Part shown: one piece after another, positions 63,215 through 64,000 of the stretch
Numbering within the stretch: position 1 is the first letter of the stretch
Layout: each line of letters starts with the position of its first letter
From: Chiloscyllium plagiosum
Taxonomy: Eukaryota
Direction: 5' to 3'
DNA length: 64,000 bases
NCBI RefSeq assembly: GCF_004010195.1
Contig: NC_057759.1
Span: forward strand, 4,082,301-4,146,300
Program-made: the position numbers and the translations under genes
Notes under the pieces: model-generated
Told to the model about the DNA's origin: nothing
Database searches by the model: none
What the model saw: only the letters and a program-made list of their open reading frames with translations

Positions 63215-64000
63215 ACTGGTGGGAACATTGCAACAACAAGGTTGTTTCAGTTCATCTCCTTCACACACACCTTCAACCATGTTAAAAATCACACAACACC
63301 AGGTTATAGTCCAACAGATTTAATTGGAAGCACACTAGCTTTCGGAGCGTCGCTCCTTCATCAGGTGATTGTCCAAGGAGCGTCGATCCGAAAGCTAGTG
63401 TGCTTCCAATTAAACCTGTTGGACTATAACCTGGTGTTGTGTGATTTTTAACTTTGTAGACCCCAGTCCAACACCTGCATCTCCGAACCTTCAACCATGA
63501 CATCAAATTCACCTGGACCATCTCTGAGACCTCCCCATCACCCCCGCCCCGCCTTCCAGGACGTTTTCGTCTCCATCTCCAACAAACCATTCAGCACTAG
63601 CATCTGTTTCAAATCGACTGACTCACACAGCTATCTTAACTACAAGGGCTTTTGCCCGAAACGTCGATTTTGCTGCTCGTCGGATGCTGCCTGAATTGCT
63701 GTGCTCTTCCAGCACCATTGATCCAGAATCTGGTTTCCAGCATCTGCAGTCATTGCTTTTACCTCTTATCTTAACTACACCTCCTCCCACCCAACTCCCC
63801 TGTCAAAACGCGATTCCTTACTCCCAATTCCTCTGCTTCAGCCGTATCTGCTCCCAGGGTGAGCAATTCCATTCCACAACATCCCAGATGGCCTCCTACT
63901 CTGGTGACCATAGTTTTCCTTACGCCATGATCCACAACGTCCTCAACTGCATCTCCACCATTTTCCACACCTCTGGCCCTGAAACCCCACTCCTCTACCA
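63215..64000 (+). mobile_element. Penelope-like RT remnant interrupted by two PLE-terminus inserts
   Basis: QFISFTHTFNH/DIKFTWTISETS...FQDVFVSIS...FKSTDSHSYLNY, resuming after 63766 with SSHP...IPYSQFL. Second insert about 63644-63765 (flanks tatcttaactaca duplicated). Confidence 0.75.
63282..63486. mobile_element. Palindromic hammerhead-containing mini-element with 13-bp TSD
   Basis: Arms of about 77 bp at 63281-63357 and 63374-63452. Minus-strand CTGATGA-AGGAGC-gac-GCTCC-GAAAGCTA. TSD accttcaaccatg at 63269-63281 and 63487-63499. Confidence 0.82.

Overview
Eukaryotic, repeat-rich genomic DNA from a cartilaginous fish. The HE1-type tRNA-derived SINEs, CR1/HER1-type LINEs and Penelope-like elements point to an elasmobranch; the species cannot be determined. 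There are three N-gaps (4131-4630, 14465-14522, 27395-28358). Gene content: (1) a decaying C2H2 zinc-finger gene on + (about 1174-2276). (2) Two tandem, same-strand (-) multi-exon genes for Fc-receptor-like (FCRL/LITR/PECAM-like) Ig receptors with ITIM-bearing tails, reconstructed by hand from splice signals. Copy 1 spans 62309 to 46883, with its 5' end beyond the window: 4 Ig exons, a TM exon and 5 cytoplasmic exons. Copy 2 spans about 46660 to 22868: a candidate 31-nt + 21-nt split leader, 5 Ig exons and 2 recognisable cytoplasmic exons. Both carry stops, frameshifts and broken donors, so both look like pseudogenes. (3) Weak traces of a possible V-set Ig pseudogene on + (9863-17307). Penelope-like elements carry minimal hammerhead-ribozyme motifs, and several short palindromic hammerhead-containing insertions have target-site duplications. 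All calls come from manual reading; no database search was run.
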